A DNA stretch of 32,000 nt from Nitrososphaerota archaeon (GCA_002713205.1 PAVW01000009.1:34417-66416), one strand, 5' to 3'; shown: positions 1 to 9,199, counted from the first letter of the stretch. The notes: a model not told the origin generated them from the letters alone. Numbers and translations are program-made.

Positions 1-2
1 TT

Positions 3-509
3 CTTGAATTTCAAGAAAAATTCTCTTCAATAAACACTGTTAAGTTTATTGATCCTGATCAACTGCATTTCACAATTAAATTTTTAGGTGAAATTGACTC
101 TTCTTTAACTCATGATATTGTTTTACGGTTAAAACGCATTAAATTCCGTAAGTTTACAGTAAAATTGAGTTGTCTTGGTAGTTTTCCCAATGATCAACAT
201 ATATCAATTATATGGGCTGGTGTGGATACTAATTCTGTGAATATTTTACAATTACTCAGTACAAAAATTAATGAACAATTATCTGATTTATTTCCTTTCG
301 ATACTCGAAAGTTTACTGCTCATGTTACATTAGCACGTGTAAAATCTAAACAATTTAATTCTGAAATTGTTAATCTTATACATGAAAACTCACAATTATT
401 TTTTGGACAAAGTATTGTTAACAATTTTTCTTTTAAAAGCAGTGAGTTAACTCCTCATGGACCTGTATATTCTAATCTTTATAACTTTAATTTAAATGAG
501 AGTGATTAA
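3..509 (+). CDS. ligT: 2'-5' RNA ligase / RNA 2',3'-cyclic phosphodiesterase (LigT/ThpR, 2H family), 5'-partial at window edge
   Basis: The ORF-track frame stays open to nt 3. Both 2H-family HxT motifs are present: LHFTIKFLGE (nt ~63-92) and AHVTLARV. The 3' end overlaps cca, a familiar archaeal gene pair. Confidence 0.75.
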   Translation, partial: LEFQEKFSSINTVKFIDPDQLHFTIKFLGEIDSSLTHDIVLRLKRIKFRKFTVKLSCLGSFPNDQHISIIWAGVDTNSVNILQLLSTKINEQLSDLFPFDTRKFTAHVTLARVKSKQFNSEIVNLIHENSQLFFGQSIVNNFSFKSSELTPHGPVYSNLYNFNLNESD

Positions 510-1884
510 TATTTCTACAAGTTCAATTTTAAGTTCTGCACTGAAAGAATGTAAACCTACTAAAATCGAAGAAAAACGAATGCTGAAATTATATGATGAC
601 ATTAATTCTAAAATTACAAATATTTCAAAAAACTATAATATCTCTGACATCAAATTAGGTGGATCTTTGGCAAAAGGCACATGGTTAAAAAATAATGCTG
701 ATATTGATATCTTTATTAAATTACCTTCTAACTGCACAAAAAAAGATCTAGAAAACTCTCTTGAAATAGGTCAAAGTGTATTAAAGGAATACAAACCATA
801 TCTAAAATATTCTGAACATCCATACGTAGAAGCACAAGTTCCTTTTGGTAAATCATCAAAGGTCAAAGTGAATATTGTTTCATGTTATGATGTATCGAAA
901 GGAAATTGGAAAAGTTCTGCTGATCGTTCTCCATATCATACGAATTTTATTAAATCACATTTATCGAGTAAGAAAAAAGATGAAGTTCGTTTATTGAAAG
1001 CATTTCTATTTGCAAATAAATTGTATGGCGCAGAAATAAAAATTCAAGGATTTAGTGGATATATATGTGAATTTTTGATTCTTAAATATGGTAGTTTCAT
1101 TAAATTATTGCGTGCTATGTCCAAATTAGATCAAAGCAGCACAATTCTATTAGATGATAAAGATTTCATTTTTTCTCATTTACATGATGCTAGAAATCTA
1201 AAAATTTTAGATCCTATAGATCCTAAACGTAATTTAGCAACTGCAATCGCTCCTTATAATTTATCTAAATTTATTTTTCTTTCTAATGCGTTTTTGAATA
1301 AACCTTCTAAACATTATTTCAAACATCGACAAATTCATTTAAATTATAATTTACTTGATAATGTTTTATTAATTTCGTTTAATCATAAATCTCGTCCTGT
1401 TGATATTCTTTGGGGACAATTACGAAAAAGTTTGAAACATATTAATCAGTCATTTGAAAAAAATGACTTTCATGTAATTCGATCTACAATTGCAAGTAAT
1501 GATTCTACTGAAAGTATTTTTGTTTTTTTATTAAAAAATTTAAAACTTGATAATGCAAAGTTACATATGGGTCCTGATATTGCAATGTTTAATCAATCTA
1601 CTAATTTTCTTGATCATAATAAGACTAAACGTATTATTGCCTGGATTGGTGATAATGGCAGATTATATTCTTTAAATTTTCGTAAAAATAATGATATTCG
1701 TTCTTTTTTTAAGATTCTTATTTCAAATGAAAAGCAATTTGGTATGTCAAAAGGTATAAAATTTGATTTTAAACACAATTATAAACTCGTAACAGGTAAA
1801 CCTATATTATCTTTGGCGAAGAATAAACCTTGGTTATATTCATCTTTGGGTGACATTATTGGAACAGAATCATATTTATCTTAG
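496..1884 (+). CDS. cca: Archaeal class I CCA-adding enzyme (tRNA nucleotidyltransferase)
   Basis: GGSLAKGTWLKNNADIDIFI nucleotidyltransferase motif, RSPYHTNF, and EIKIQGFSGY. The 462 aa length is typical for archaeal Cca. Confidence 0.85.
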   Translation: MRVINISTSSILSSALKECKPTKIEEKRMLKLYDDINSKITNISKNYNISDIKLGGSLAKGTWLKNNADIDIFIKLPSNCTKKDLENSLEIGQSVLKEYKPYLKYSEHPYVEAQVPFGKSSKVKVNIVSCYDVSKGNWKSSADRSPYHTNFIKSHLSSKKKDEVRLLKAFLFANKLYGAEIKIQGFSGYICEFLILKYGSFIKLLRAMSKLDQSSTILLDDKDFIFSHLHDARNLKILDPIDPKRNLATAIAPYNLSKFIFLSNAFLNKPSKHYFKHRQIHLNYNLLDNVLLISFNHKSRPVDILWGQLRKSLKHINQSFEKNDFHVIRSTIASNDSTESIFVFLLKNLKLDNAKLHMGPDIAMFNQSTNFLDHNKTKRIIAWIGDNGRLYSLNFRKNNDIRSFFKILISNEKQFGMSKGIKFDFKHNYKLVTGKPILSLAKNKPWLYSSLGDIIGTESYLS

Positions 1885-2626
1885 ACTTAATAGCGAACCT
1901 CCAAATCCGATACTAAAAAAAATTCTTTGCTATCCACATTTTACTGATAATATTTTTTCTGAGAGACTTGATGAATTACAAAGTTTACAAATTGATTATT
2001 TTGAATTGCAAGGTCCTACTATTATAGATGGTATTCATTTATTAGGTAAAGGAACACGTGGTATAGTCGTTAAAGCATATTCCAATAATTCTTCTTTCGC
2101 TTTAAAAATACGAAGAACTGACTCTCCTCGACTTGATCTTATTAATGAGGCAAAAATTCAGAACATTGTTAATCAATTTGGTATAGCACCAAAAATTCTC
2201 AATTTTACTAAAAATTTTATTTCAATGGAATTTATAGATGGTTTTATTTTGAATGATTATATTCATAAATTTCAAAATAATTTAGTTTCTGATTTACGCC
2301 ATATTATTGCTGATTTACTTTATCAGTGTTTTATTTTAGATATTAATGGAATTGATCATGGTGAGTTAAGCAATTTAAAAAAACACGTTATAATTACTGA
2401 TTATGCACATATAATTGACTTTGATTCTGCAAGTCAAACTCGAAAAGTCTCTAATCTTACTTCATCTGCACAGTACTTATTTATCGGTGGACCTTTTTCG
2501 TCATATTTTCAAAAAATTTTTTCAATAGATGTGAATCTTTTAAAGACAATGCTAAAAAATTATAAATTTAATCAAAATTATGATAATTTTAATAATATTC
2601 TTGAAATTCTTGATTTACATTTGTAA
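1850..2626 (+). CDS. Small RIO/Bud32-like putative Ser/Thr protein kinase (COG2112-like)
   Basis: Gly-rich loop LGKGTRGIVVKAY followed by ALKIRR (Lys), catalytic-loop-like IDHGELSNLKKHVII, and IDFDSAS (DFG-like). The start is GTG at 1850 and is uncertain; TTG at 1859 is an alternative. Confidence 0.5.
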   Translation: MTLLEQNHIYLRLNSEPPNPILKKILCYPHFTDNIFSERLDELQSLQIDYFELQGPTIIDGIHLLGKGTRGIVVKAYSNNSSFALKIRRTDSPRLDLINEAKIQNIVNQFGIAPKILNFTKNFISMEFIDGFILNDYIHKFQNNLVSDLRHIIADLLYQCFILDINGIDHGELSNLKKHVIITDYAHIIDFDSASQTRKVSNLTSSAQYLFIGGPFSSYFQKIFSIDVNLLKTMLKNYKFNQNYDNFNNILEILDLHL

Positions 2627-2680
2627 CATGCTAAAATTTATCAAAATGCTTTATTATTGGTAAATATTATCTAAACCGAT

Positions 2681-2817
2681 GGGGCCGTAGTCTAGTTATT
2701 TGATTTTTTTTAATCATATAGGAAAACTTGGTCTAAGATGCCAGAATTTGCATAATGACTAACCTGGGGACCTTGTTGGAATGCTGGTGATCGCGTGTTC
2801 AAATCACGCCGGCCCCA
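2681..2817 (+). tRNA. tRNA, probably tRNA-Pro(GGG), interrupted by three insertions (137 nt gene, ~76 nt mature)
   Basis: Acceptor GGGGCCG (2681-2687) pairs with CGGCCCC (2810-2816), discriminator A. T-arm is GCGTG-TTCAAAT-CACGC (2793-2809). D-arm GTCT/AGAT with loop AG...CTTGGTCTA is split by ~31 nt (2696-2726). The anticodon-loop heptamer CTGGGGA is at 2764-2770. The anticodon stem needs removal of 2746-2763 and ~2773-2784. Isotype is tentative. Confidence 0.7.
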
Positions 2818-2828
2818 TATTTACATTT

Positions 2829-3563
2829 TTAAATTGAAAATAAAAGTCCTAATATGAATATACTGGTGCAAAATGGAATTGCAAGTTTATCATTAATATT
2901 GAGTTGTAATTCATATAACACAGTTGGTTTTTTTACAACTCCATAGCATCTTGATTCCATAGCTTCAGCTAATTCTCCACTCCTAATGACTTCATTGACT
3001 ATTAGTGGTACTAGTATGGGAACAAAATTTTTGATTCTGGTTATTGGATTGCCTCTCTCTAATTCTAACCCTCTTGATTTCTGCGCATCAATTATTTGTA
3101 ATGCATCCAAAAGTATTATGGGTACAAATCTTACTGCTGTCACAAATGCAAATACAAGATCATTTGGAATTCTAAACCATCTTAACACATATTCTAATTC
3201 GTCAGGTGAAGTTATTAGAAAGAAAATTGATGTCGAACAAACAATTGCCACAAATCTCAATGCAATTTGTAAAGAATAGATAAATGAATATCCTGCTATG
3301 ATGTTTATTCCTAATATAATCCCAGAAAACAACAATGCAAATAACATTGTTCTGATTAATCTTGATAATATTTTTGATATGCTGGCCAACAAAATAATTC
3401 CAATGAAAATTATTGCTAAATCAATCAAGTCTGAAACTAATAATGCTAATGTAAAAAATTGGATTGAAATAAGAAGTTTTACTCGAGGATCTAATTTGTG
3501 TACAAATGAATCCACTTTGGTAAAAATAAAACCCTTAGAAATCCAATACATTTTAACTACCAT
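2829..3563 (-). CDS. ecfT: ECF transporter transmembrane (T) component, CbiQ/EcfT family
   Basis: Polytopic hydrophobic protein with the C-terminal coupling motif region (AQKSRGLELERG). It lies directly downstream of two ECF-type ABC ATPases and overlaps the first. Confidence 0.75.
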   Translation of the reverse strand: MVVKMYWISKGFIFTKVDSFVHKLDPRVKLLISIQFFTLALLVSDLIDLAIIFIGIILLASISKILSRLIRTMLFALLFSGIILGINIIAGYSFIYSLQIALRFVAIVCSTSIFFLITSPDELEYVLRWFRIPNDLVFAFVTAVRFVPIILLDALQIIDAQKSRGLELERGNPITRIKNFVPILVPLIVNEVIRSGELAEAMESRCYGVVKKPTVLYELQLNINDKLAIPFCTSIFILGLLFSI

Positions 3564-4362
3564 TAATACGTCTTATTGCATCTGTAGCTTCAGTGATATC
3601 TCCAGGTGGTTCTTCTTTTATGTTTAATTTCATCCATAAATCTAATAATTGCGGTCTCATTAAACAAGTCTGGTTTAGTAATTCATCATCAGAAAAAATA
3701 TCAGTCATCTTCCCTGTTTTTTTAATTCTTCCTTTGGCCATTACAATAGTATTTGGTTTAAGTGGCCACAAAAATTCCAGATCATGTGATATGATTATGA
3801 TAGTTTTTCCTTGTTTATTTAAATTTGAAATAAATTTTAACATCTTTTCTTTTTGTACTTGGTCTTGTCCCACCGTTGGTTCATCTAGAATTAATACTTC
3901 AGGATTCCATGCTAGAACGGATGCAATACACAGTCTTTTTTTTTCTCCCCCGCTTAACTTTAATGGCGATGTATTTTCATATTTTTTTAAATCAAAGAAA
4001 TTCAGGGCCCATTCAAATCTGTTTTTTTTAATTTGAGAATCGGTTTCAAAATTATTTAATCCAAATAATATTTCATTTTTTACAGTATCTGCAAATAATT
4101 GATGATTAGAATTTTGAAAAACCATTCCAATTCTTTTTGATAATGATGCCACGCTAATTTTTTTTGTATTTTTTCCAAAAACCAATACATTTCCTGATGT
4201 TGGTTTTAGTAATCCATTAATATGTCTTGCTAATGTTGTTTTACCTGTACCATTACTACCCACTAACGCATTGATTGTTTTTGGTTTTATTGAAAGATTT
4301 ATTTCCTTTAATGCTTGGATTCCATTTACATGTATATAATTTACATTTTTAAATTCAATCAT
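3553..4362 (-). CDS. ecfA: ECF transporter ATPase component (EcfA/CbiO-type ABC ATPase)
   Basis: Walker A GSNGTGKTT, ABC signature LSGGEKKR, Walker B LILDEPT, and H-loop ISHD. Confidence 0.85.
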   Translation of the reverse strand: MIEFKNVNYIHVNGIQALKEINLSIKPKTINALVGSNGTGKTTLARHINGLLKPTSGNVLVFGKNTKKISVASLSKRIGMVFQNSNHQLFADTVKNEILFGLNNFETDSQIKKNRFEWALNFFDLKKYENTSPLKLSGGEKKRLCIASVLAWNPEVLILDEPTVGQDQVQKEKMLKFISNLNKQGKTIIIISHDLEFLWPLKPNTIVMAKGRIKKTGKMTDIFSDDELLNQTCLMRPQLLDLWMKLNIKEEPPGDITEATDAIRRINGS

Positions 4363-5212
4363 TGAATTTTTTTCTCCGCATTTCTTTAACCATGTCTTTT
4401 ACAGTTACTATTACATTGTCAAAATCATAATTTGACTTTGCTAGATTTCTATACAATCTGCTAATTACTGGTATTCCAATTTCAGGTATTAATTGATTTG
4501 AATAATGGAGAACCTGTTTTGGATTATTGTTTTCTATTATTTTTCCATTTGATAAAATAATTAATTTATCTGCAATTCCTACAACTAAATCTAATCTATG
4601 TTCTACTATTACTATTGTCATTCCAATTTTTTTACGTAAATCATTTACAATATTAATAAAATCTATTGCAGTTTTTGGATCGAGTAATGATGTAGGTTCG
4701 TCTAAAATTAAAATTTTGGGTTGCATAGCTAATATGCCTGCTAAAGCTGCCTTTTGTTTTTCTCCATCTGATAATTCATGTGGTGCTTTAGTTGCCAGAT
4801 GTTCAATTTTTAATAATGATAAGATTGAGTCTACTCTTTCTTTCATAATTGTTCTACTTGTGCCCAAGTTCTCTAATCCAAATACAATATCTCTTTCAAT
4901 TGAAAACATAAAGATTTGATTCTCTGGATTTTGAAATACAAATCCTGCTTTTTTTGCTAAATCAGTAATTTTTACATCATTTACAACCAATTGATCCACA
5001 ATTACTCTGCCTTTATATTCTCCACCATGCATGTGCGGAATTAACCCAATTATAGAACGTAGTAATGTAGATTTTCCACACCCAGTTGGACCTGCTAATA
5101 TAACCAATTCATTTTTATTAATTTCGAGATTGATGTTTTTTAATATGAATTCATTTGCCGAGTCGTATCGAAATGAAAAATTTTCAAATTTTATAATTGA
5201 TTTTTCTTTCAT
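4355..5212 (-). CDS. ecfA: ECF transporter ATPase component (second EcfA/CbiO-type ABC ATPase)
   Basis: Walker A GPTGCGKST, signature LSDGEKQK, Walker B LILDEPT, and H-loop VEHR. It overlaps the next ATPase gene by 8 nt. Confidence 0.85.
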   Translation of the reverse strand: MKEKSIIKFENFSFRYDSANEFILKNINLEINKNELVILAGPTGCGKSTLLRSIIGLIPHMHGGEYKGRVIVDQLVVNDVKITDLAKKAGFVFQNPENQIFMFSIERDIVFGLENLGTSRTIMKERVDSILSLLKIEHLATKAPHELSDGEKQKAALAGILAMQPKILILDEPTSLLDPKTAIDFINIVNDLRKKIGMTIVIVEHRLDLVVGIADKLIILSNGKIIENNNPKQVLHYSNQLIPEIGIPVISRLYRNLAKSNYDFDNVIVTVKDMVKEMRRKKFND

Positions 5213-5256
5213 AATTCATTCTATGAATACTATACAATTCAATAAAAATGCATTTT

Positions 5257-5667
5257 TTAGTTTGATTCTGGATTAGTAAGATTGGATTTATTGGCAAATT
5301 GTCTTATTTTTGCTTCTAATTCCTTTATATTTTCCATTACTCGTGTTTCTTGTTTCTTTAATAAAGTTAATTGAGAATTTCCCAAGTCTTTTGCTTCAGT
5401 TAACTCTTTAATTAGCGAGTCTTTATTCGCTTTTATCATAATAGTTCCAGCTGATTTGTAGACAGTGGTATTTTCATTAATTTTATCTAATTCCTCTAAC
5501 GCTTTATTAATTTCTAAAATTCGTAGATCTACTTGTTGCCTCTGCATTGGAATAGCTTCTAGAGTTTTCCGTAACTGCTCAAATTTTACTAATTGTTCTT
5601 GTAATTGCGGAGATATATTTGGTGGTAAATCTGTAGAACTCATAACTACTAGTCGATTCTGATTCAA
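5257..5667 (-). CDS. pfdB: Prefoldin beta subunit
   Basis: Coiled-coil/beta-hairpin/coiled-coil layout (QLQEQLVKFEQL...VYKSAGTIMIK...LEAKIRQ). The gene sits in the expected position in the exosome superoperon. The true start may be an internal Met. Confidence 0.75.
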   Translation of the reverse strand: MNQNRLVVMSSTDLPPNISPQLQEQLVKFEQLRKTLEAIPMQRQQVDLRILEINKALEELDKINENTTVYKSAGTIMIKANKDSLIKELTEAKDLGNSQLTLLKKQETRVMENIKELEAKIRQFANKSNLTNPESN

Positions 5668-5680
5668 ATCTAATAAATCT

Positions 5681-5932
5681 TTATGGTTGACTGATTACTT
5701 TATTTGCTAAAATTGCAGCTCGGGAATGTGATGCTAGTTTCGCTCTTAACTCAGAAACATCGTTTGCATGAATATTCATTATTAGGGTATTATTTTTGAT
5801 TAGAATGTTATCCGGCTCATTTAAATCTTTTTTGATACTTGCTTTAATTAGCTTAGATATATTTTTGTCTTGATAAATTTTTATAATTGCATTGCATTTG
5901 ATTTTATATTTTTGTGGTTTCATATGCCCCAT
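5681..5932 (-). CDS. pcc1: KEOPS subunit Pcc1-like protein
   Basis: About 80 aa, with a pattern of alternating beta strands plus the helix DVSELRAKLASHSRAAILANKV. It lies between L37Ae and prefoldin beta, as in other archaea. The start probably lies at an internal Met, because the annotated start overlaps rpl37ae by 29 nt. Confidence 0.5.
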   Translation of the reverse strand: MGHMKPQKYKIKCNAIIKIYQDKNISKLIKASIKKDLNEPDNILIKNNTLIMNIHANDVSELRAKLASHSRAAILANKVISQP

Positions 5933-6119
5933 CTGCTATTTTAAAACCACATTTTGGACAATTCCAAATTCCAATTACTTTTCGTTTTAATTTAAGCGAT
6001 CCGCATTGTGGACATGTTCGTTTCATTTTCAATGTTTGAATGACTTTTGCATGTTTTTTTCTAACTATTGATCCAAATCTTGGACCTAATCCTGTTGACG
6101 ATGAAATTTTACGACCCAT
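5904..6119 (-). CDS. rpl37ae: Ribosomal protein L37Ae (eL43)
   Basis: N-terminus GRKISSSTGLGPRFGSIVRKK and a C4 zinc ribbon (CPQC...CPKC). Confidence 0.9.
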   Translation of the reverse strand: MGRKISSSTGLGPRFGSIVRKKHAKVIQTLKMKRTCPQCGSLKLKRKVIGIWNCPKCGFKIADGAYETTKI

Positions 6120-6934
6120 TATTTATCATTTTTTATTATTTTTTTTCTTATTTCTTCGCCTTTCTTTTTTGAAATTTCTATCATTTCATTAAATTCTTTA
6201 AATGAAAATCCACCTGCTTTTCCTTTTTGCGCTGATACAAAATTACCTTTGTCATCAGTTACTAATGTTAATCTTGCTTCACACATTGTTTGTTCTTCTG
6301 CATTTGGATCTAAAAGAATTTTATCTCCTATTTTTACAAATGTAGTAGAAATTGGAAGTGAAAGTATTGGAAGTGGCTTTACTTTTTCTAATATTACTAC
6401 CTTGTCATTTTCTATTTTAAATGTTGGCATAGTAGCTCCATGTAATGCCGCTGCTATTGCATACGAACAGGCATCGAATAGATTGCCATCTTCGTTAATT
6501 ACTGCAATATCAATAAATACTGCAAAAACGTCTTCTCCTTCTCTAATTACTAGCTGTGGTAAATCGATCATTCCTGATTCACGTATTCCTCGATCTGACA
6601 CTCTGGAAAGTTCAATTGCATCTTCTGATGGTGGTCCGGGTTCAATAAATGCAGAACATATTGGAAGCAATTCTGCATTACATATAATAATGCCTTTATC
6701 TGGTGTATCTGGAAAAGGTCTGCCCAATTCTACTTTTATACCTGCTAATACTTCACTATCGCCTATTTTTACGCTTGCTGATCCACTTGTTTTTTGTAAT
6801 ACATTTGTTTCAATTGAAATTTCTCTATAGTCCAAAATTGCCCTACCATCTAATCTTTTTGATTGTTTCAAACTGTTTTCAATATCAGTTCTTCTCATTG
6901 AATCTATAATTCTAATTTTTTTAACTGCTGGCAT
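6119..6934 (-). CDS. rrp42: Exosome complex RNase PH-like subunit Rrp42
   Basis: RNase PH fold signature LDGRAILDYREISIE...SGSASVKIGDSEVLAGIK...PFPDTPDKG. It is adjacent to rrp41 and rrp4. Confidence 0.85.
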   Translation of the reverse strand: MPAVKKIRIIDSMRRTDIENSLKQSKRLDGRAILDYREISIETNVLQKTSGSASVKIGDSEVLAGIKVELGRPFPDTPDKGIIICNAELLPICSAFIEPGPPSEDAIELSRVSDRGIRESGMIDLPQLVIREGEDVFAVFIDIAVINEDGNLFDACSYAIAAALHGATMPTFKIENDKVVILEKVKPLPILSLPISTTFVKIGDKILLDPNAEEQTMCEARLTLVTDDKGNFVSAQKGKAGGFSFKEFNEMIEISKKKGEEIRKKIIKNDK

Positions 6935-6936
6935 AA

Positions 6937-7662
6937 TTAAACCCCTTTGTTTTTATTATTGTTGAAATATTTATTCATTAAAGCATTTCTTTGTAATTCG
7001 TAGAGTTTTTTACAACCATTAGTTGCCATCTCTAAAGCCTGTTTAAATTCTTCTTCAGATAAACACCCATCTAATTGAAATAAGGTGATTGTGCCCAAAT
7101 TGGGTAGTATGGATAGTGGCATGTCTGCTTCTCCTGTTTTATCCTCAACATCATCAACATCTAAGATTATTTTACCATCTGCTTTCCCAGCTGCACACGC
7201 AGTTATAAGATCTCGCATATTTATTCCAGCATCTGCTAAAGCCACGGACGCTGCATTTATAGCTGCGCATCTTGAACCTCCATCTGATTGTAATATTTCA
7301 ATATAAACTTCTATTGCAGTTCTTGGATAATCTTCCATTATTATAGCAGGTTGGATTGCTTCTCGTATGACTTTTGATATTTCAATTTCTCTTCTTGACA
7401 GGGATGGATTCTTTCTCGTATCCGTGGAAAATGGCATCATATGATAGCGACATTTTATTATTGCCTGATCATTTCTCATCATATGTTTTGGATGGACTTC
7501 TTTTGGTCCAAATACTGCAGCAATTATTTTATTTTTACCAAATTCTATAATTGCTGAACCGTCTGCATTTTTAATTATTCCTGCTTTGATTGAAACTTTC
7601 CTTAATTCATCGGCTGCTCTTCCATTTGTTCTTATATAGTTATTTTTACTCATAATTTTCAC
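6937..7662 (-). CDS. rrp41: Exosome complex exonuclease Rrp41 (RNase PH domain)
   Basis: RTNGRAADELRKVSIKAGIIKNADGSAIIEFGKNKIIAAVFGPKE and DGGSRCAAINAASVALADAG. Confidence 0.9.
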   Translation of the reverse strand: MKIMSKNNYIRTNGRAADELRKVSIKAGIIKNADGSAIIEFGKNKIIAAVFGPKEVHPKHMMRNDQAIIKCRYHMMPFSTDTRKNPSLSRREIEISKVIREAIQPAIIMEDYPRTAIEVYIEILQSDGGSRCAAINAASVALADAGINMRDLITACAAGKADGKIILDVDDVEDKTGEADMPLSILPNLGTITLFQLDGCLSEEEFKQALEMATNGCKKLYELQRNALMNKYFNNNKNKGV

Positions 7663-8324
7663 TTTAGTAAATCATTTACTTTATCATTAAGGTCTGGTAA
7701 ATATGCTTGTTTTTCTATAATATTGATCACTTTTTTAATTTTTACTATTGATTCTTTTGCCCCATTAATAAAAATGACCCCATTTTGTCCTATATTCAAT
7801 TTACATTTAGTATTTTCCTCTATTAATTTAATCATTGAACCTTTTTTACCAATTAATCTAGGTACTTGTGCCATTGAAATTTTACAAATTTCTCCATTGC
7901 TAACTTTGCCCAATCCTGGTCCATATATTGATAATAATGGATCTCTCGTCCTATCAAACGATGCAATTTTAGCAATAAGACAATCACCTGTTTTAAAATG
8001 ACTAGCTAATGAATCTCTTGATGCAGAAAATGTTCTCCCTAAAACTGCAGATCCTTGTAAAATTCCAAAAAAGACTGAATTAATATCTACTTCCCACACA
8101 AATGCATTCGAATCTGCTACTATCCCGATTACTGTGTCATCTAATCTAGGATAATAAGTGCCATTTAATGGTATTACTCTTACATCTTTTCTTACTATTT
8201 CTGCCATGCCTATTCTAGTACTTATTACTCTATTATTCCGTTTAATTGCATTAATAAGAGGTCTGTAATCTCCTTCGATTATAGTATCTCCAGGAATTAC
8301 ATACTTTCTTTCTATTGTTGACAT
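7659..8324 (-). CDS. rrp4: Exosome RNA-binding cap subunit Rrp4 (S1 + KH domains)
   Basis: VIPGDTI N-terminal domain, an S1-like middle region, and a KH motif GKKGSMIKLIEENTKCKLNIGQNG. It overlaps rrp41 by 4 nt. Confidence 0.85.
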   Translation of the reverse strand: MSTIERKYVIPGDTIIEGDYRPLINAIKRNNRVISTRIGMAEIVRKDVRVIPLNGTYYPRLDDTVIGIVADSNAFVWEVDINSVFFGILQGSAVLGRTFSASRDSLASHFKTGDCLIAKIASFDRTRDPLLSIYGPGLGKVSNGEICKISMAQVPRLIGKKGSMIKLIEENTKCKLNIGQNGVIFINGAKESIVKIKKVINIIEKQAYLPDLNDKVNDLLK

Positions 8325-8325
8325 G

Positions 8326-9039
8326 TTAATTTATCTCTTCTGCACTTATATTTCCTTTTGTTAAAGAATTTAATCTATTTAATAATGTTATCCTTGAACC
8401 TGCTGATAAATATACTTTTGTAATTAATGACCCGTCTGTTTGCCATTCTTCAGATTGGATTTCACCGAACGATTTAATTATGCCTATTGATTGTGGTGCA
8501 AATTGAGATGGGGTATTGATTTTTAGAATACTGCCTTCAGATTTCATCGGAATTATCTTTCTCAATTCATCTATTATTATTTTGACTTGTTCGTCTACAT
8601 TCTTGACTGGATCTATACTGATCCTAGCTTGTTGTAATGCTTGTTCAATTCTTTGTGGCGGGTGAGGAATATTTGTTTTAGGATCAACATAATTTCTTGC
8701 TATAGTAGATACAATATTCTTACGTTTTTCTTCAATTTTTTGCTTCCTTTGTTGAGTAGTTAATAATAATTCACCTTTCTCTAGAATAATTTTTAAAGAT
8801 TCTTGTAAATTATTTGATTTTAGGTGTTTTTTTAATTTTTCATCTGATGCACGTATGCCTTTATTTGCATCTGAATATATTTCATCAAATGCAATTGCTT
8901 TATTATAATCTTTTACCTCGCCTTGTCTGAATTTTAAAGCGTAATTTGGATCTACTAGAATTTCAAAACGTTCACCTGCAGTTAACAACCTGATTATCGT
9001 AAATTTTGATACAACATTTTTTCTCTGGAATTCTTTCAT
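8326..9039 (-). CDS. sdo1: SBDS-family ribosome maturation protein (Sdo1)
   Basis: The N-terminal FYSH-like region (RLLTAGERFEILVDPNYALKFRQGEV...EIYSDANKG) and its position as first gene of the exosome superoperon. Confidence 0.8.
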   Translation of the reverse strand: MKEFQRKNVVSKFTIIRLLTAGERFEILVDPNYALKFRQGEVKDYNKAIAFDEIYSDANKGIRASDEKLKKHLKSNNLQESLKIILEKGELLLTTQQRKQKIEEKRKNIVSTIARNYVDPKTNIPHPPQRIEQALQQARISIDPVKNVDEQVKIIIDELRKIIPMKSEGSILKINTPSQFAPQSIGIIKSFGEIQSEEWQTDGSLITKVYLSAGSRITLLNRLNSLTKGNISAEEIN

Positions 9040-9087
9040 TATATATTCATCAGCAATTATATTTGCATATAAATGCCATGATTTAAG

Positions 9088-9199
9088 CGGGTCCGAGGGG
9101 ATTTCCGTAATTATGTCGGACCCCTGACCCCCGGGTTACTTTCCAAGGTTAAAAGCCCGGTGCTTTAGGACTTTAACTGCCTGACTGAGCTACGGACCC
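9088..9199 (-). tRNA. tRNA-Lys(UUU) interrupted by three 12-13 nt insertions (112 nt gene, ~74 nt mature)
   Basis: Read on the minus strand: acceptor GGGTCCG (9199-9193) pairs with CGGACCC (9095-9089), discriminator G. D-arm GCTC-AGTCAGGCA-G[12 nt, 9165-9176]AGC. Anticodon arm CCGGG-CTTTTAA-[13 nt, ~9136-9148]-CCCGG, with anticodon at 9151-9153. T-stem AGGGG/CCCCT encloses 20 nt (9101-9120) instead of 7. Confidence 0.75.

Noticed and set aside
2829-5212. ECF transporter module without an adjacent substrate-binding S component.
   Set aside because: This is normal for group II ECF systems, where S components are encoded elsewhere and share one energising module.
2986-5276. ORF-track entries antisense to the ECF genes: 2986-3279, 3298-3627, 3593-4036, 4527-4919 and 5031-5276.
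   Set aside because: They lie entirely inside, and opposite to, genes with clear ABC-ATPase/EcfT motifs. Their translations are low-complexity and motif-free. They are typical shadow ORFs of an AT-rich genome.
5465-8001. Antisense ORFs within the prefoldin and exosome genes: 5465-5662, 6249-6830, 6703-6909, 7085-7306 and 7723-8001.
   Set aside because: They are shadow frames of well-supported Rrp41, Rrp42, Rrp4 and prefoldin genes, with no independent coding signal.
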